A stretch of 61,718 nucleotides of DNA from Candidatus Rokuibacteriota bacterium (GCA_044866005.1 JBIOTN010000220.1:1-61718); one strand, 5' to 3'; shown: positions 17,645 through 27,297, counted from the first letter of the stretch. Made by a program: numbers and translations. The notes: generated by a model not told the origin, from the letters alone.

Positions 17645-19660
17645 TCAGACCAGGTCGCGGGGGACCACGGTGTTCCAGCTCCGGGAGAAGACCGGGGCGT
17701 CGCTCTCGTCGGCGTCCAGCGTCGCCTGGACATGGAACGCGTCGCGCGTCGCCGTGAGGAGCGTGCGGGTCCGCGTCTCGACGCGCCAGTCGCCCCGCCG
17801 CATCCGGACGGTCGAGGCGACCTCGGCCCGCGCCGAGAGCGGGTCGTCCGGCCGGATCTCGTAGCGCTCGGTGACGACGGTCTGGACGGTGAGGTCGATG
17901 TCGTCGAGCCGCACGAGCCCGCCGTCCTGGACGACGTCCTGCCTCACCGTGCCGCCGACCACGTCGTGGTGGATGCGCCGCTCCGTGCGGCCGGGCTCGA
18001 GCACGGTGGCCCGGAGCGGCGGCGGCGCCTCGGCCGGCGGGAGCGGCGGCAGCGCGGCGTCGGCCGGGTCCGGCGGTCGCACCGGCAGCTCGAGCGTGCT
18101 CGGCCCCGTGAAGACGGTCAGCGTGACGGGCTCGGGCGCCGGCCACACGATCGGCCAGTAGGCGGTGGACAGCGCGAGCCGCACGCGGTGGCCGGGCGGG
18201 AAGGCCTGGGCCACGTCGCGGAGCGGGAGCCGGACGCGGTAGCGGCGCCCGGGCACGAGGGGGGCCGGCGCCTCGTGGCCGTCGCGATGGGTCAGGTTGA
18301 GCACGCCGTAGCTCGCGCGCGTGGCGGCGCCGTCCGGCGCCACGTCGGAGAGCCGCGCGACGACGAAGGCGACGGGCCGATCCGACGCCACCTCGAGCTC
18401 GAGCACGGGCGCGCCGAGGACCTCCAGGCGCTCGCCGAGCGGCTCCGTGTCGAAGACGAGCGCCCCGCCGTCCTCGAAGCGCTGGTCGGTCGGCAGGTCG
18501 GGGCCGGTGCCGTGGGCGCACCAGCGCCCGGCGTGGAGACCGACGGTCTCGGGGGAGTGGAGGCCCAGCGGGACCTCCCGCCCGCCCCGCGCCTCGAGGC
18601 GCCCCGGCGTCAGGACGAGGCGCCAGGGGCGGATCCGCGGCGACGGCCAGGCGGACTCGGCGATCCACCGCCCCGGCCGCTCGGCGTAGCTCGCGGCCGG
18701 CCGGACGCTCTCCTGCATCCAGACCCGCAAGAGCGGCTCGCGCGCGACGGCGGTCTCCCGTCCCTTGAGCCACGTGTCCCACCACTGGATGGCGAGCTGG
18801 AGGAAGCCGACCGCCGGCCCGGGCAGCGCCATGTGGGGGTAGCGGTGGGCCCACTGGCCGATCAGCCCCTTGCGGGGGACGCCGAGCCCGCGCATCAGCC
18901 GCGGGATCGCGTTCGTGTAGGCATCGGCCCAGCCGCCCACGGCGTAAACGGGACAGGTGATCGCGGCGAAGTCCTCGCAGACCGAGCCGTGCTTCCAGTA
19001 GGCGTCGCGCCGCTGGTGACGGAGCCAGGTGTCGAGCCAGAGCCCGCTCTCCTCGAGCCGCTCCCGCCAGAGCGCGCGCCAGCGCTCGCCGACGAGCGCC
19101 GGGTCGGGGGGCCGGGCGTTGTGGGAGAACATGATCGAGCCCCAGCGGAGGTTGTCGAGGAGGAGGCAGCCGCCCATGTAGTGGACGTCGTCCGCGTAGC
19201 GGTCGTCGGTCGAGCAGGAGGTGATGATCGCCCGCAGCGCGGGCGGCTGGCGGGCGGCCACCTGGAGCGCGTTGAAGCCGCCCCAGGAGTTCCCCATCAT
19301 GCCGACCCTCCCCGTGCACCAGGGCTGGGCCGCGATCCACGCGATCACCTCCAGCGCGTCGTCCTGCTCGCGCGGGAGGTACTCGTCCGTCAGCACGCCC
19401 TCCGACTCGCCGCTCCCCCGGAGGTCGACGCGGAGGCACGCGTAGCCGTGGCCCGCGAGATAGGGATGGATCAGCGCGTCGCGCTGGGCCATGAAGTCGC
19501 GCTTCCGGTAGGGGATGTACTCGAGCACGCCGGGGACGGGGTCCGTCTCGGCGTCCGCGGGGAGCCAGACCCGCGCGGCCAGGCGGCAGCCGTCCTTCAA
19601 GGGGATCCAGACGTTCTCGAGCTCGCGGACGGGGCGGGGGAACGAGGTGCGGGTGCTCAC
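17645..19660 (-). CDS. CocE/NonD-family hydrolase (peptidase S15 / X-Pro dipeptidyl-peptidase-like)
   Basis: IPLKDGCRLAARVW, EYIPYRKRD, nucleophile GNSWGG, GGWADAY, GQWAH, PepX_C-like C-terminus. Confidence 0.92.
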   Translation of the reverse strand: MSTRTSFPRPVRELENVWIPLKDGCRLAARVWLPADAETDPVPGVLEYIPYRKRDFMAQRDALIHPYLAGHGYACLRVDLRGSGESEGVLTDEYLPREQDDALEVIAWIAAQPWCTGRVGMMGNSWGGFNALQVAARQPPALRAIITSCSTDDRYADDVHYMGGCLLLDNLRWGSIMFSHNARPPDPALVGERWRALWRERLEESGLWLDTWLRHQRRDAYWKHGSVCEDFAAITCPVYAVGGWADAYTNAIPRLMRGLGVPRKGLIGQWAHRYPHMALPGPAVGFLQLAIQWWDTWLKGRETAVAREPLLRVWMQESVRPAASYAERPGRWIAESAWPSPRIRPWRLVLTPGRLEARGGREVPLGLHSPETVGLHAGRWCAHGTGPDLPTDQRFEDGGALVFDTEPLGERLEVLGAPVLELEVASDRPVAFVVARLSDVAPDGAATRASYGVLNLTHRDGHEAPAPLVPGRRYRVRLPLRDVAQAFPPGHRVRLALSTAYWPIVWPAPEPVTLTVFTGPSTLELPVRPPDPADAALPPLPPAEAPPPLRATVLEPGRTERRIHHDVVGGTVRQDVVQDGGLVRLDDIDLTVQTVVTERYEIRPDDPLSARAEVASTVRMRRGDWRVETRTRTLLTATRDAFHVQATLDADESDAPVFSRSWNTVVPRDLV

Positions 19661-19705
19661 GGCAGGGGAATTATAGCGCGAGGCGGCGCGGCGGGCGCGG
19701 CGGGC

Positions 19706-20251
19706 CTAGAAATCGGGAGGGGTGAACCTCCGGATCCAGGGGGCTACGGCGGCTCCGATCTGCGTGAGCTGGGTCAGTTCTTCAGGGGTGAAGTTGCTCC
19801 CCGCCTCCTGGGGGGTCTTCCCCTTGCGACTGACTTCCACCAGTCCGATGACCTCTCCTCCGCCCAGGGTGAGCGGGGCGGCGATCATCTTCTGGATCTC
19901 TTTCGGCTTTTCCCTGCCGGTCGGAATCCACTCGTAGATGTCCAGGTGCGCCACCTGGGACATATCGTTGTAAATCACCCCCCGCGCGGAGCGGACGACG
20001 CTGGTCGCGATCCCCGGTGAATTCACGGGGATGAGATTGGTCTGCCCCTTGAAGTGTTCCAGGGGGTGCGCGAAGCGGAGGACCTTCTGGTTCGGTCGCA
20101 GGAGGAGAAGAGCGATCTCTGCTTGGCTCACCGCAAAGCGCTCCGCGAGAAAGGAGGCGATCGTCTTGACCGCCTTGGTGAAGATCTCCTGGGGCGAGGT
20201 GGTCTCGGCAAGCTTGCCGAGAGACTCTAGCTCTCTGACCAGAGTGTCCAT
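19706..20251 (-). CDS. Stand-alone GAF domain protein
   Basis: IPVNSPGIATSVVRS..IYND, KMIAAPL....VIGLVEVSRK, NFTPEELTQL. The codon style is visibly lower in GC than the flanks. Confidence 0.7.
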   Translation of the reverse strand: MDTLVRELESLGKLAETTSPQEIFTKAVKTIASFLAERFAVSQAEIALLLLRPNQKVLRFAHPLEHFKGQTNLIPVNSPGIATSVVRSARGVIYNDMSQVAHLDIYEWIPTGREKPKEIQKMIAAPLTLGGGEVIGLVEVSRKGKTPQEAGSNFTPEELTQLTQIGAAVAPWIRRFTPPDF

Positions 20252-20474
20252 CCCGAGGAGCATGATACACCTCGCATCCTCGCATGCCAGGCCGGACCGC
20301 ACGGCCGGGATTATGGCGCGGGCGGCCGGCCCGCGCGGCGTCCGCGCCCGCGCGGCCCGCGGCGGACGTCCCGGCCGTCGCCGCGCCGCGCCCGAGGCTG
20401 GCTTCGGGGCCGGGCCCGGCCCGGCCTCTTTCGAGCCCGCCCCCGATGGTCTAGCATGGCAGCCGGCCGTCGCC

Positions 20475-21419
20475 ATGTTCCGCTACGCGCTCCGCCGGCT
20501 CGGCCTGGCCCTGGTCATCGTGATGGTCGCGATGGCGATGCTCTTCGCCATGCTCCACCTCGTGCCGGGAGACCCCGCGAGCATCGCGCTCGGCCCGCGC
20601 GCCACCCCGGAGATGCGCGAGGACTTCCGCATCCGGATGGGTCTCGACCGGCCCATCCCCGTCCAGTTCGCGCGCTTCGTCGGGCGGGTCCTGCGGGGCG
20701 ACCTCGGGACCGACGTCTGGTCGAGCCAGCCGGTCGCGCGCCTCGTGTGGCTGGCGCTTCCCCACACCGCCGCGCTCGCCACGCTCGGCCTCGGCTGGGC
20801 GGCCATCCTCGGGATCCCCCTCGGCTGCGTCTCCGCGCTTCAGCGCGGGAGCTGGCTCGACCGGATCACGGGCGTGCTCTCGGTGAGCGCGATCGCCGTG
20901 CCGTCGTTCATCGTCGCGATCTACGCGTTGCTCGTGTTCGCCGTCTGGCTCAAGTGGTTCCCGGCGATCGGGGCGGGTCGCGCAGGCGACGTGGGGAGCC
21001 GGCTCTGGCATCTGGCGCTCCCCGCCTTCGCCATCGGGCTCGGCTGGGTCGGCTACCTCGCCCGGCTGGTGCGCGCCTCCATGCTCGAGGTGCTCGGCGA
21101 GCCGTACATCCGGACCGCGCGCGCCTTCGGGCTGCCCGAGCGGCGCATCGTCTTCCGCTACGCCCTCAAGCTCGCCATCCTCCCCACGGTGGCGCTCCTC
21201 GGCGTGGGGGTCGGGCGGCTGCTCTCGGGCGCGGTGTTCGCCGAGATCGTGTTCGCCCGGCCGGGCCTGGGCCGGCTCGTCTACGACGGCGTCATCACGC
21301 GCAACTATCCGGTCGTCCTGGGGACGGTCCTCGTGACGACGTGGCTGTTCGTCCTCTGCACGCTGGCGGCCGACCTCGCCGCGGCGCTCCTCGACCCCCG
21401 GGTCCGCGAGAAGCTCTGA
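20475..21419 (+). CDS. Peptide/nickel ABC transporter permease (DppB/OppB type)
   Basis: VPGDPA, GLDRPIPVQF, GDLG, RASMLEVLGEPYIRTARAFGL (EAA loop), PGLGRL, RNYPVV, LDPRVR. Confidence 0.92.
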   Translation: MFRYALRRLGLALVIVMVAMAMLFAMLHLVPGDPASIALGPRATPEMREDFRIRMGLDRPIPVQFARFVGRVLRGDLGTDVWSSQPVARLVWLALPHTAALATLGLGWAAILGIPLGCVSALQRGSWLDRITGVLSVSAIAVPSFIVAIYALLVFAVWLKWFPAIGAGRAGDVGSRLWHLALPAFAIGLGWVGYLARLVRASMLEVLGEPYIRTARAFGLPERRIVFRYALKLAILPTVALLGVGVGRLLSGAVFAEIVFARPGLGRLVYDGVITRNYPVVLGTVLVTTWLFVLCTLAADLAAALLDPRVREKL

Positions 21420-21559
21420 AGGGTCGGCTCGCCAACATCCCATCTCGCGCCGAACCCCTTGAAGCGGAGGTCAGCGTGATCCGGATGGGGCGGTCGGTCG
21501 CGCTCTTCGTGCTCGCCGGCCAGGTCAAGACGAACCTCACGGTCTACGGCCGCTGGTTC

Positions 21560-21753
21560 GTCGCGTGTCACCGCGATTGCCCGATAGTGACTGCCGACCC
21601 TAACAGACCAGAAGCGCCCGGTCCTTTTGAAGCGAAGCGACGATGACGCGGGTCCTGTTTGAGATGTTGGAAGGCTTGGTCCGCGAGCTTCTGGACGTCC
21701 GGCGGCAAGGACCGGTAGCAGGACCGGAAATCCGGGGACGTGTGGTGAGTCAG
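21560..21753 (-). pseudogene. ParE/RelE-like toxin remnant (frameshifted, 3'-truncated)
   Basis: xTHHTSPDFRSCYRSLPPDVQKLADQAFQHLKQDPRH, then a one-base shift near 21642, then SLRFKRTGRFWSVRVGSHYRAIAV. The start codon reads CTG and overlaps the upstream stop. Confidence 0.7.
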
Positions 21754-21951
21754 AGTGGCCGAGTCTTGCCCGCTGCGTGGTCGCGAACCGCCCTCTCCGC
21801 AAGCTCGTCGAGCTTTCCGGCGCGAACGTCAGCCTCGAGCTGGCGGTCCCGAACCCGCCCAGTCAAACTCCAGAAACCAGGCGCGAAACTGCGCAAGCTC
21901 CTCCGGGGAGAGGGCCTGAACCTGTTGCTCGATGTTCTCGACCTTGCCCAT
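21750..21951 (-). pseudogene. Cognate small antitoxin-like gene, frameshifted
   Basis: MGKVENIEQQVQALSPEELAQFRAWFLEFDWA, then a one-base shift, then DRQLEADVRAGKLDELAERAVRDHAAGKTRPL*. The span is 202 nt (3n+1). Confidence 0.7.
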
Positions 21952-22031
21952 GACGACCACTCGCGCGTCTAGTCTGGCACCACATCCGTACCGCGGTACC
22001 GCCGGCCAGCGCTCGGCCGGGCCGGGGCCCC

Positions 22032-23645
22032 TCACCGGTCGAGCCAGACGTCCTGCATGCGGCCGTAGTTGTAGAGGGAGTGGTGCGGGACGAGGTTCCG
22101 GACATGGGGCCACTGGGTGAAGTACTCGTTGCGCCAGCCGAGCATCGGCCGGGCCACGTCGCTCTCCAGCTTCCGCTGGATCTCCCAGACGAGCTTCACC
22201 CGCTTGTCCCGGTCCAGCTCCTGGGACTGGAGGTCGATCAGCCGGTCCACGTCCTCGCTGCAGTAGTCGGTGTAGTTGCGCGAGGAGCCGCACTTGTAGT
22301 TCTCGTAGAGGTACACGTCGGGGTCGTCGATCGCGGCCGCGGTGAGGTTGGCGCCGATCAGGTAGTCGCGCCGCGCGAGGGCGGGAAACCAGGCGCTCGT
22401 CTCGATCTGCCTGACCGTCGCCTCCACGCCCACCTGGCGGAGCTGGTCCACCACGAACGACGCGACGTCCACGTAGATGGCGAAGGCGCGCGTGACCAGC
22501 TCCACGCGGAGCGGCTTGCCCGGGCCGAAGCCGGCGGCCGCGAGCAGGCGCCGGGCCTCCGCCTTGTCCGGCCCCGCGCCGCGGTAGCCGGGCAGCGTCC
22601 GGAGGTCCTTGGCGGCGAGGCCCCAGCTCCCGAACGGCGGCGGCATCAGCGCCGCGCCGATCACGGCGCCGCCGTGCCGGACCCCCTGGACGAAGGCGTG
22701 GCGATCCATCGCCAGGCTGATCGCCCGGCGCACGCGCACGTCGTCGAAGGGCGGCTTCCGGTGGTGCATGATCACGTTGTCGGTCCCGATCTGCCCGGTC
22801 TCGGCGACCACCAGCGACGGCGCGTGCGTCTTCACCGTCTCGGCCATCGTCCGGGTCATCTCGAGCGGCATCGCCACGTCGAGGCGCCCGGCCTGGAGGG
22901 CCGCCAGGCGCGTGCCGCGCTCGGTGATGACGGGGTAGCGGATGCCGTCGAGATAGGGGCGGCCCGGCACGAAGTAGTCGGGGTTGCGGGTGAGCTCGAT
23001 CAGCTGGCCGCGGCTGTACTCCCGGAGCTTGAACGGCCCCGTCCCCACGCAGCGCTGGCGCAGCTCGGCGAGCGGGACGTGGGCCGGGTAGACGGGCGAG
23101 TAGCCCGAGGCGAGCATGAGGAGGAGCGAGGGCTGGGGGCGCTTGAGCCGGAAGACCACCGTATCCGGCGCGGGCGCCTCGATCGCCTCGATGTTCGCGT
23201 ACCAGTCCTTCCGCGGGTTCAGCCGGAGCTTGGCGGGCGCCTCCGGCGCCTCGCGGACGACGTCGAAGGTGTACTTGACGTCCCGCGACGTGAAGGGCTG
23301 GCCGTCGTGCCAGCGCACGTTCCGTCGGAGGAAGAAGACCAGGTTCCGGTAGCTGTCCTGCCACGACCACCGCTCCGCCAGCTCGGGCACCAGCGTCTCC
23401 GCGGTCTCTTGCGGCTTGAGCGGGTCGAAGAGGACCAGGTTCGAATAGCACGGCATCGCCGGCCAGAGGCCGGAGATGGTGGCGGCCTCGTGGATGGAGA
23501 AGCCCGGCGGGTCCTCGCCGAGCATCGCGTTGAGGAAGCCGCCGCGCTTCGGGGTCTGGCCCCCGGCCGGGGCGCCGGCCACGGCCATCGCGCCGGCGAG
23601 GAGCAGGAGCGCGAGAGCGAGGGTGAGCCAAGGGCGACGCGTCAT
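22032..23645 (-). CDS. Peptide/nickel ABC substrate-binding protein (DppA/family 5)
   Basis: PKRGG, VPELAERW, WHDGQPFTSRDVKYTF, VGTGPFK, RNPDYF..GRPYLDGI, PFDDVRVRRAI. Confidence 0.92.
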   Translation of the reverse strand: MTRRPWLTLALALLLLAGAMAVAGAPAGGQTPKRGGFLNAMLGEDPPGFSIHEAATISGLWPAMPCYSNLVLFDPLKPQETAETLVPELAERWSWQDSYRNLVFFLRRNVRWHDGQPFTSRDVKYTFDVVREAPEAPAKLRLNPRKDWYANIEAIEAPAPDTVVFRLKRPQPSLLLMLASGYSPVYPAHVPLAELRQRCVGTGPFKLREYSRGQLIELTRNPDYFVPGRPYLDGIRYPVITERGTRLAALQAGRLDVAMPLEMTRTMAETVKTHAPSLVVAETGQIGTDNVIMHHRKPPFDDVRVRRAISLAMDRHAFVQGVRHGGAVIGAALMPPPFGSWGLAAKDLRTLPGYRGAGPDKAEARRLLAAAGFGPGKPLRVELVTRAFAIYVDVASFVVDQLRQVGVEATVRQIETSAWFPALARRDYLIGANLTAAAIDDPDVYLYENYKCGSSRNYTDYCSEDVDRLIDLQSQELDRDKRVKLVWEIQRKLESDVARPMLGWRNEYFTQWPHVRNLVPHHSLYNYGRMQDVWLDR

Positions 23646-23657
23646 GGCCGTCTCCTG

Positions 23658-24452
23658 TCAGCGCGTCGTGAGGGTGAGGCCGGCGTCGATGACGAGGACC
23701 TGCCCGGTGACCCAGCGCGCCTCGTCGCTGGCCAGGTAGACCGCGCCCCACGCGACGTCCCAGCCGGTCCCCTCGGTGCCCAGCGGGGTCGCCTGGCGGC
23801 GCCGCTCGCGTGCCGCCTCGCCCAGCGCCGCGACCATGGGCGTCCACACCGTGCCCGGCGCGATGGCGTTGACCCGGACGCCCTGCGGGCCGAGCTGCAC
23901 GGCCACGCTCTGGACGAAGCCGAGGACGCCGGCCTTGGCCGCAGCGTACGCGGTGCGGCCGTGGCCGCGCAAGGCGGCGACCGACGAGACGCAGACCACG
24001 GCGCCGCCGCCGCGCTCGACGAGGCGCGGCACGGCGCTCCGGGTCGCCAGGAACATGGACTTGAGGTCCACCGCCATGACGCGGTCCCATTCCTCCTCGG
24101 ACGTCTCCAGAAGGTCCTTGCGGGACTCGATGCCGACGTTGTTGTGCAGGATGTCGAGCCCGCCCCACCGCGCGACCGCGGCGGCGACCATCGCGTCGCA
24201 TGCAGCGGCGCCCGTCACGTCGGCGGCGTGGGCCTCCGCCTCCCCGCCCTCGGCCCGGATCAGCGCCACGGTCTCCTCGGCGTGCGCCGGGACCCGGTCG
24301 ACGCACAGCACGCGGGCGCCCTCGCGGGCGAAGAGGATCGCGGTCGCCTTGCCGTTGCCGAGCCCCGGGCCGCGCGTGCCGGCGCCCGTCACGATGGCGA
24401 CCTTGCCGGCCAGGCGACCACGCCTCGCGCGAGGATCGGCCGGTCCCGTCAT
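23658..24452 (-). CDS. Short-chain dehydrogenase/reductase (SDR)
   Basis: GKVAIVTGAG..GLGNG, LDILHNNVG, SS, YAAAK, VRVNAIAPG, VTGQVLVIDAG. Confidence 0.92.
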   Translation of the reverse strand: MTGPADPRARRGRLAGKVAIVTGAGTRGPGLGNGKATAILFAREGARVLCVDRVPAHAEETVALIRAEGGEAEAHAADVTGAAACDAMVAAAVARWGGLDILHNNVGIESRKDLLETSEEEWDRVMAVDLKSMFLATRSAVPRLVERGGGAVVCVSSVAALRGHGRTAYAAAKAGVLGFVQSVAVQLGPQGVRVNAIAPGTVWTPMVAALGEAARERRRQATPLGTEGTGWDVAWGAVYLASDEARWVTGQVLVIDAGLTLTTR

Positions 24453-24490
24453 CGCTCCGCCTCCCTCCCCGGCGTCGGCCCGGCCGCCGC

Positions 24491-25369
24491 TCAGTACTCG
24501 CGGCGCAGGCGCGGGTCGAAGATGTCGCGGAGCGCCTCGCCGAGGAACGTAAAGCCGAGCGTGGTCACCACGACGGGCGCGCCGCCGGCGATCACGACCC
24601 AGGGCGTGTCCCGGATGAACGTGTAGCCGTCGTTGAGGATCGACCCCCAGCTCGGCGTCGGCGGCCGGATGCCCAGCCCGAGGAAGGACAGCCCGGCCTC
24701 GATCGTCACCACGACGGGAATCTCCATGCTGGCCAGGATCAGCGCCGGACCGGCCACGTTGGGGAGCACGTGTCCCGCGAGCACGCGGGCCGTCCCGGCT
24801 CCGAGCGCCCGCTCCGCCAGGACGAAGTCCGTGGTCTTGAGCGAGAGGGTCTGCGTGCGGACGACCCGCCCGAACAAGGGCACCGAGGTGACCACCACCA
24901 CGACCAGGATGGTCCCGAGGCTCGGGCCGAGCAGCGTGACGACGGCGAGCGCGAACATGATCGTCGGGAACGAGCGGACCCCGTCGAAGACGAGGAGCAG
25001 GGCGTTGTCGAGCCAGGGCGGCCCATAGCCGGCGAGCATGCCGAGCACGAGCCCGGCGCCGAGCGCGGCCGACACCGCGAGGAGCGAGACCTCGAGGGCG
25101 ACGCGCCCGCCGTGGAGGACCCGGGCGAACAGATCGCGGCCGAGATGATCCGTGCCGAGGGGGTGGGCGACGCTCGGCCACTGGAAGCGCACCGACGGAT
25201 CGAGGGCCGTTGGATCGGCGGGGCTCAGGACGTCCGCCAGGAGCGCGCTCAGCACCACGAGCACGACCAGGACGGCGCCGAAGAGCCCGACCGGATCGCG
25301 CGCGAGCCGCGCGAGCGAACCGACGCGGCCCGGCTTCTCGCATCGGACGGATAGCGGCCTTGCGGCCAA
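24491..25369 (-). CDS. Peptide/nickel ABC permease (DppC/OppC type), probable TTG start
   Basis: HPLGTDHLGRDLFAR, DFVLAERALGA, HVLPN, EAGLSFLGLGI.PPTPSWG, LGEALRDIFDPR. An in-frame TTG at 25369 is preceded by GGAGGGGGG. Confidence 0.88.
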   Translation of the reverse strand: MAARPLSVRCEKPGRVGSLARLARDPVGLFGAVLVVLVVLSALLADVLSPADPTALDPSVRFQWPSVAHPLGTDHLGRDLFARVLHGGRVALEVSLLAVSAALGAGLVLGMLAGYGPPWLDNALLLVFDGVRSFPTIMFALAVVTLLGPSLGTILVVVVVTSVPLFGRVVRTQTLSLKTTDFVLAERALGAGTARVLAGHVLPNVAGPALILASMEIPVVVTIEAGLSFLGLGIRPPTPSWGSILNDGYTFIRDTPWVVIAGGAPVVVTTLGFTFLGEALRDIFDPRLRREY

Positions 25370-25379
25370 GAAATCCCCC

Positions 25380-25453
25380 CTCCGCGCGGCGGCTTTGCCG
25401 CCGCAATCCTCCGTGGGGGAGGATCCGGAGGGGGCCGTCGAGGCCCCCTCCGG
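25380..25453. repeat. Multi-hairpin intergenic REP-like element, copy A
   Basis: GCGGCGGC-TTT-GCCGCCGC (25386-25404), ATCCTCC..GGAGGAT, and a perfect 12-bp stem CCGGAGGGGGCC-GTCGA-GGCCCCCTCCGG (25425-25453). Confidence 0.75.
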
Positions 25454-25457
25454 GAAA

Positions 25458-27023
25458 TCACGCGATCTCGAACCTCCGGAGCAGCATCCGGTTGCCGTCG
25501 GGCGTGAGCGCCGGCTTGAGGTGGTTCCGGTAGAGGACCGCGTTGACGCCGTGGGTGAGGAAGACGTACGCGCCGGACTCCTCCATGAGGTCCTGCATCC
25601 GCACGTACATGGCGTGACGTCGCGCCGGGTCCGACTCGAGCAGCGCCTGCTCGTGGAGGCTGTCGTACTCCTTGCTGCTGAAGCGCTCCCAGTTCCACTC
25701 CCCGATCTGCGCGGAGGTGAACCAGACCGTCGCCCAGCTCGGATCGGGCTGCATGGAGAAGCGCACGACGTGCATCTGCATCTTCTTCCAGCCCCCGGCC
25801 TTGTCGGAGGCCATCGCCTTCTGCACGCCGCTGTCGTAGGGCGCCACCTCGGCCTGGATCCCGACCTTCGCCAGGCTCGCGGCGACGACCTGGGCGGCGT
25901 TGACGAACTCGGTGGAGTTGCGGACGCCGATCTCCGTCTTGAACCCGCGGGGGTAGCCGGCCTCGGCCAGGAGCTTCCGGGCCTTCTCGAGGTCCGGCCC
26001 GGCCACGAGGCTCCGCTCGCGGTGGCCGACGAGCCCGGGCGCGACGATGCCGGTGGAGCGCGGGGCGACGCCGAAGAACGCGCCATCCAGGAGCGCCTTG
26101 ACGTCGACCGCGTACTGGACCGCCTTGCGGACCCGGGGGTCCGCGAAGACCCCGCTCTCCATCTGCATGCCGAGCCACCAGTAGGTGAGGCCGGGGCGCG
26201 CATCGAGCGTGGAGTTCTGCGGCAGCTTCGCCCGGAGACGCGGGATCGACGTCATCGGGACGTGCGTGGCGTCGATCTGGCCGGCCTCGAACGCGATCTC
26301 GGCGGCGTTCACGTCGAGGATGGGGGTCGCCTGGATCTCGTCGAACGGCGGCCGGGGGCCGGGCCAGAGCGGGCTTCGCTCGAGCGTGATGCCGGCGCGC
26401 GGCTCCCACTTCCGGATCCGATAGGGGCCGCAGGTCGCGCCCGGGTCCATGGTGAAGCGCTGGCCGTCCATCCGCTCGACCGCCCTCTTGCAGACGATCA
26501 CCGACGAGGTCTGCGGCAGCGTGGACGACCAGAGCGGGACGAACGGCTCTTTCAGGACGATGACGCCCGCGTGGCGACCGGTCAGCTCGACGCGGTCGAG
26601 CTTGGCCCAGTCCCCGCGATAGGGCGACTTGATCGCGGGATTGGCGACCCGCTCGTAGGAGAACTTCACGTCCTCGGCCGTGAGCTCCCCGAAGCCGTTG
26701 GTCCACGGGATGCCGGGACGGAGCTGGAAGCGGATGTGGGTCGGGTCCGCCGGCTCGATCGCCAGCGCGGCGTCCCGCTCCCAGCCCCACGTGGACCCCG
26801 GCGTCAGCGTCACGAGCCCGAGGAGGACGGCGTCGATGATGTCGCTCTCGGGCGCGCCGAGGCGGAAGGCGGGGTCGAGCGTCTCGTAGTTCGTGTAGGA
26901 GCGGATCCGGAGGACCCGGGGATCGGCCGCTTCGGCCACGCGCCGGACCGGCGCTGCGGCCGCGAGAGCGGCCGTGGCCGAGGCCCGCAGGAACTGCCGC
27001 CGGGACAGGCTCTCTCGCATCAT
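25458..27023 (-). CDS. Peptide ABC substrate-binding protein (family 5), Tat-exported
   Basis: LSRRQFL signal, TLDPA, ELTAEDVKFSYER, GPYRI, FADPRVRKAVQYAVD. Confidence 0.9.
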   Translation of the reverse strand: MMRESLSRRQFLRASATAALAAAAPVRRVAEAADPRVLRIRSYTNYETLDPAFRLGAPESDIIDAVLLGLVTLTPGSTWGWERDAALAIEPADPTHIRFQLRPGIPWTNGFGELTAEDVKFSYERVANPAIKSPYRGDWAKLDRVELTGRHAGVIVLKEPFVPLWSSTLPQTSSVIVCKRAVERMDGQRFTMDPGATCGPYRIRKWEPRAGITLERSPLWPGPRPPFDEIQATPILDVNAAEIAFEAGQIDATHVPMTSIPRLRAKLPQNSTLDARPGLTYWWLGMQMESGVFADPRVRKAVQYAVDVKALLDGAFFGVAPRSTGIVAPGLVGHRERSLVAGPDLEKARKLLAEAGYPRGFKTEIGVRNSTEFVNAAQVVAASLAKVGIQAEVAPYDSGVQKAMASDKAGGWKKMQMHVVRFSMQPDPSWATVWFTSAQIGEWNWERFSSKEYDSLHEQALLESDPARRHAMYVRMQDLMEESGAYVFLTHGVNAVLYRNHLKPALTPDGNRMLLRRFEIA

Positions 27024-27297
27024 GGGGGCCTCCCCGCCCGGGCGGGCCGGGCGCGCGCGTCCGCCGCCGCGCGACGGGGACGCCGCAGAGTCGAGAACGC
27101 GAGGGAGGGCGCCGCCCCTCGCGGCGCCCGGGGTGGCGCTCATTATGGCCGGGGTCTCCGGCCAAGTCCAGACCCGTGGCGCGTGGCCTCGCGTCGGCTC
27201 ATGCTGGCGCGGGGTGGAGCGGCGCGGTGCCGCGAAGAGGCCGTCAGGCGATCAGGCGCTTGCCTCCGCGTCGAGGAGGGTTCGTGACAGCGCTCGA

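Noticed and set aside
20300..20450. Extremely GC-rich intergenic stretch with several possible hairpins (riboswitch or ncRNA?)
   Set aside because: The pairings are expected by chance at this GC content. No recognisable riboswitch motif or second copy was seen.
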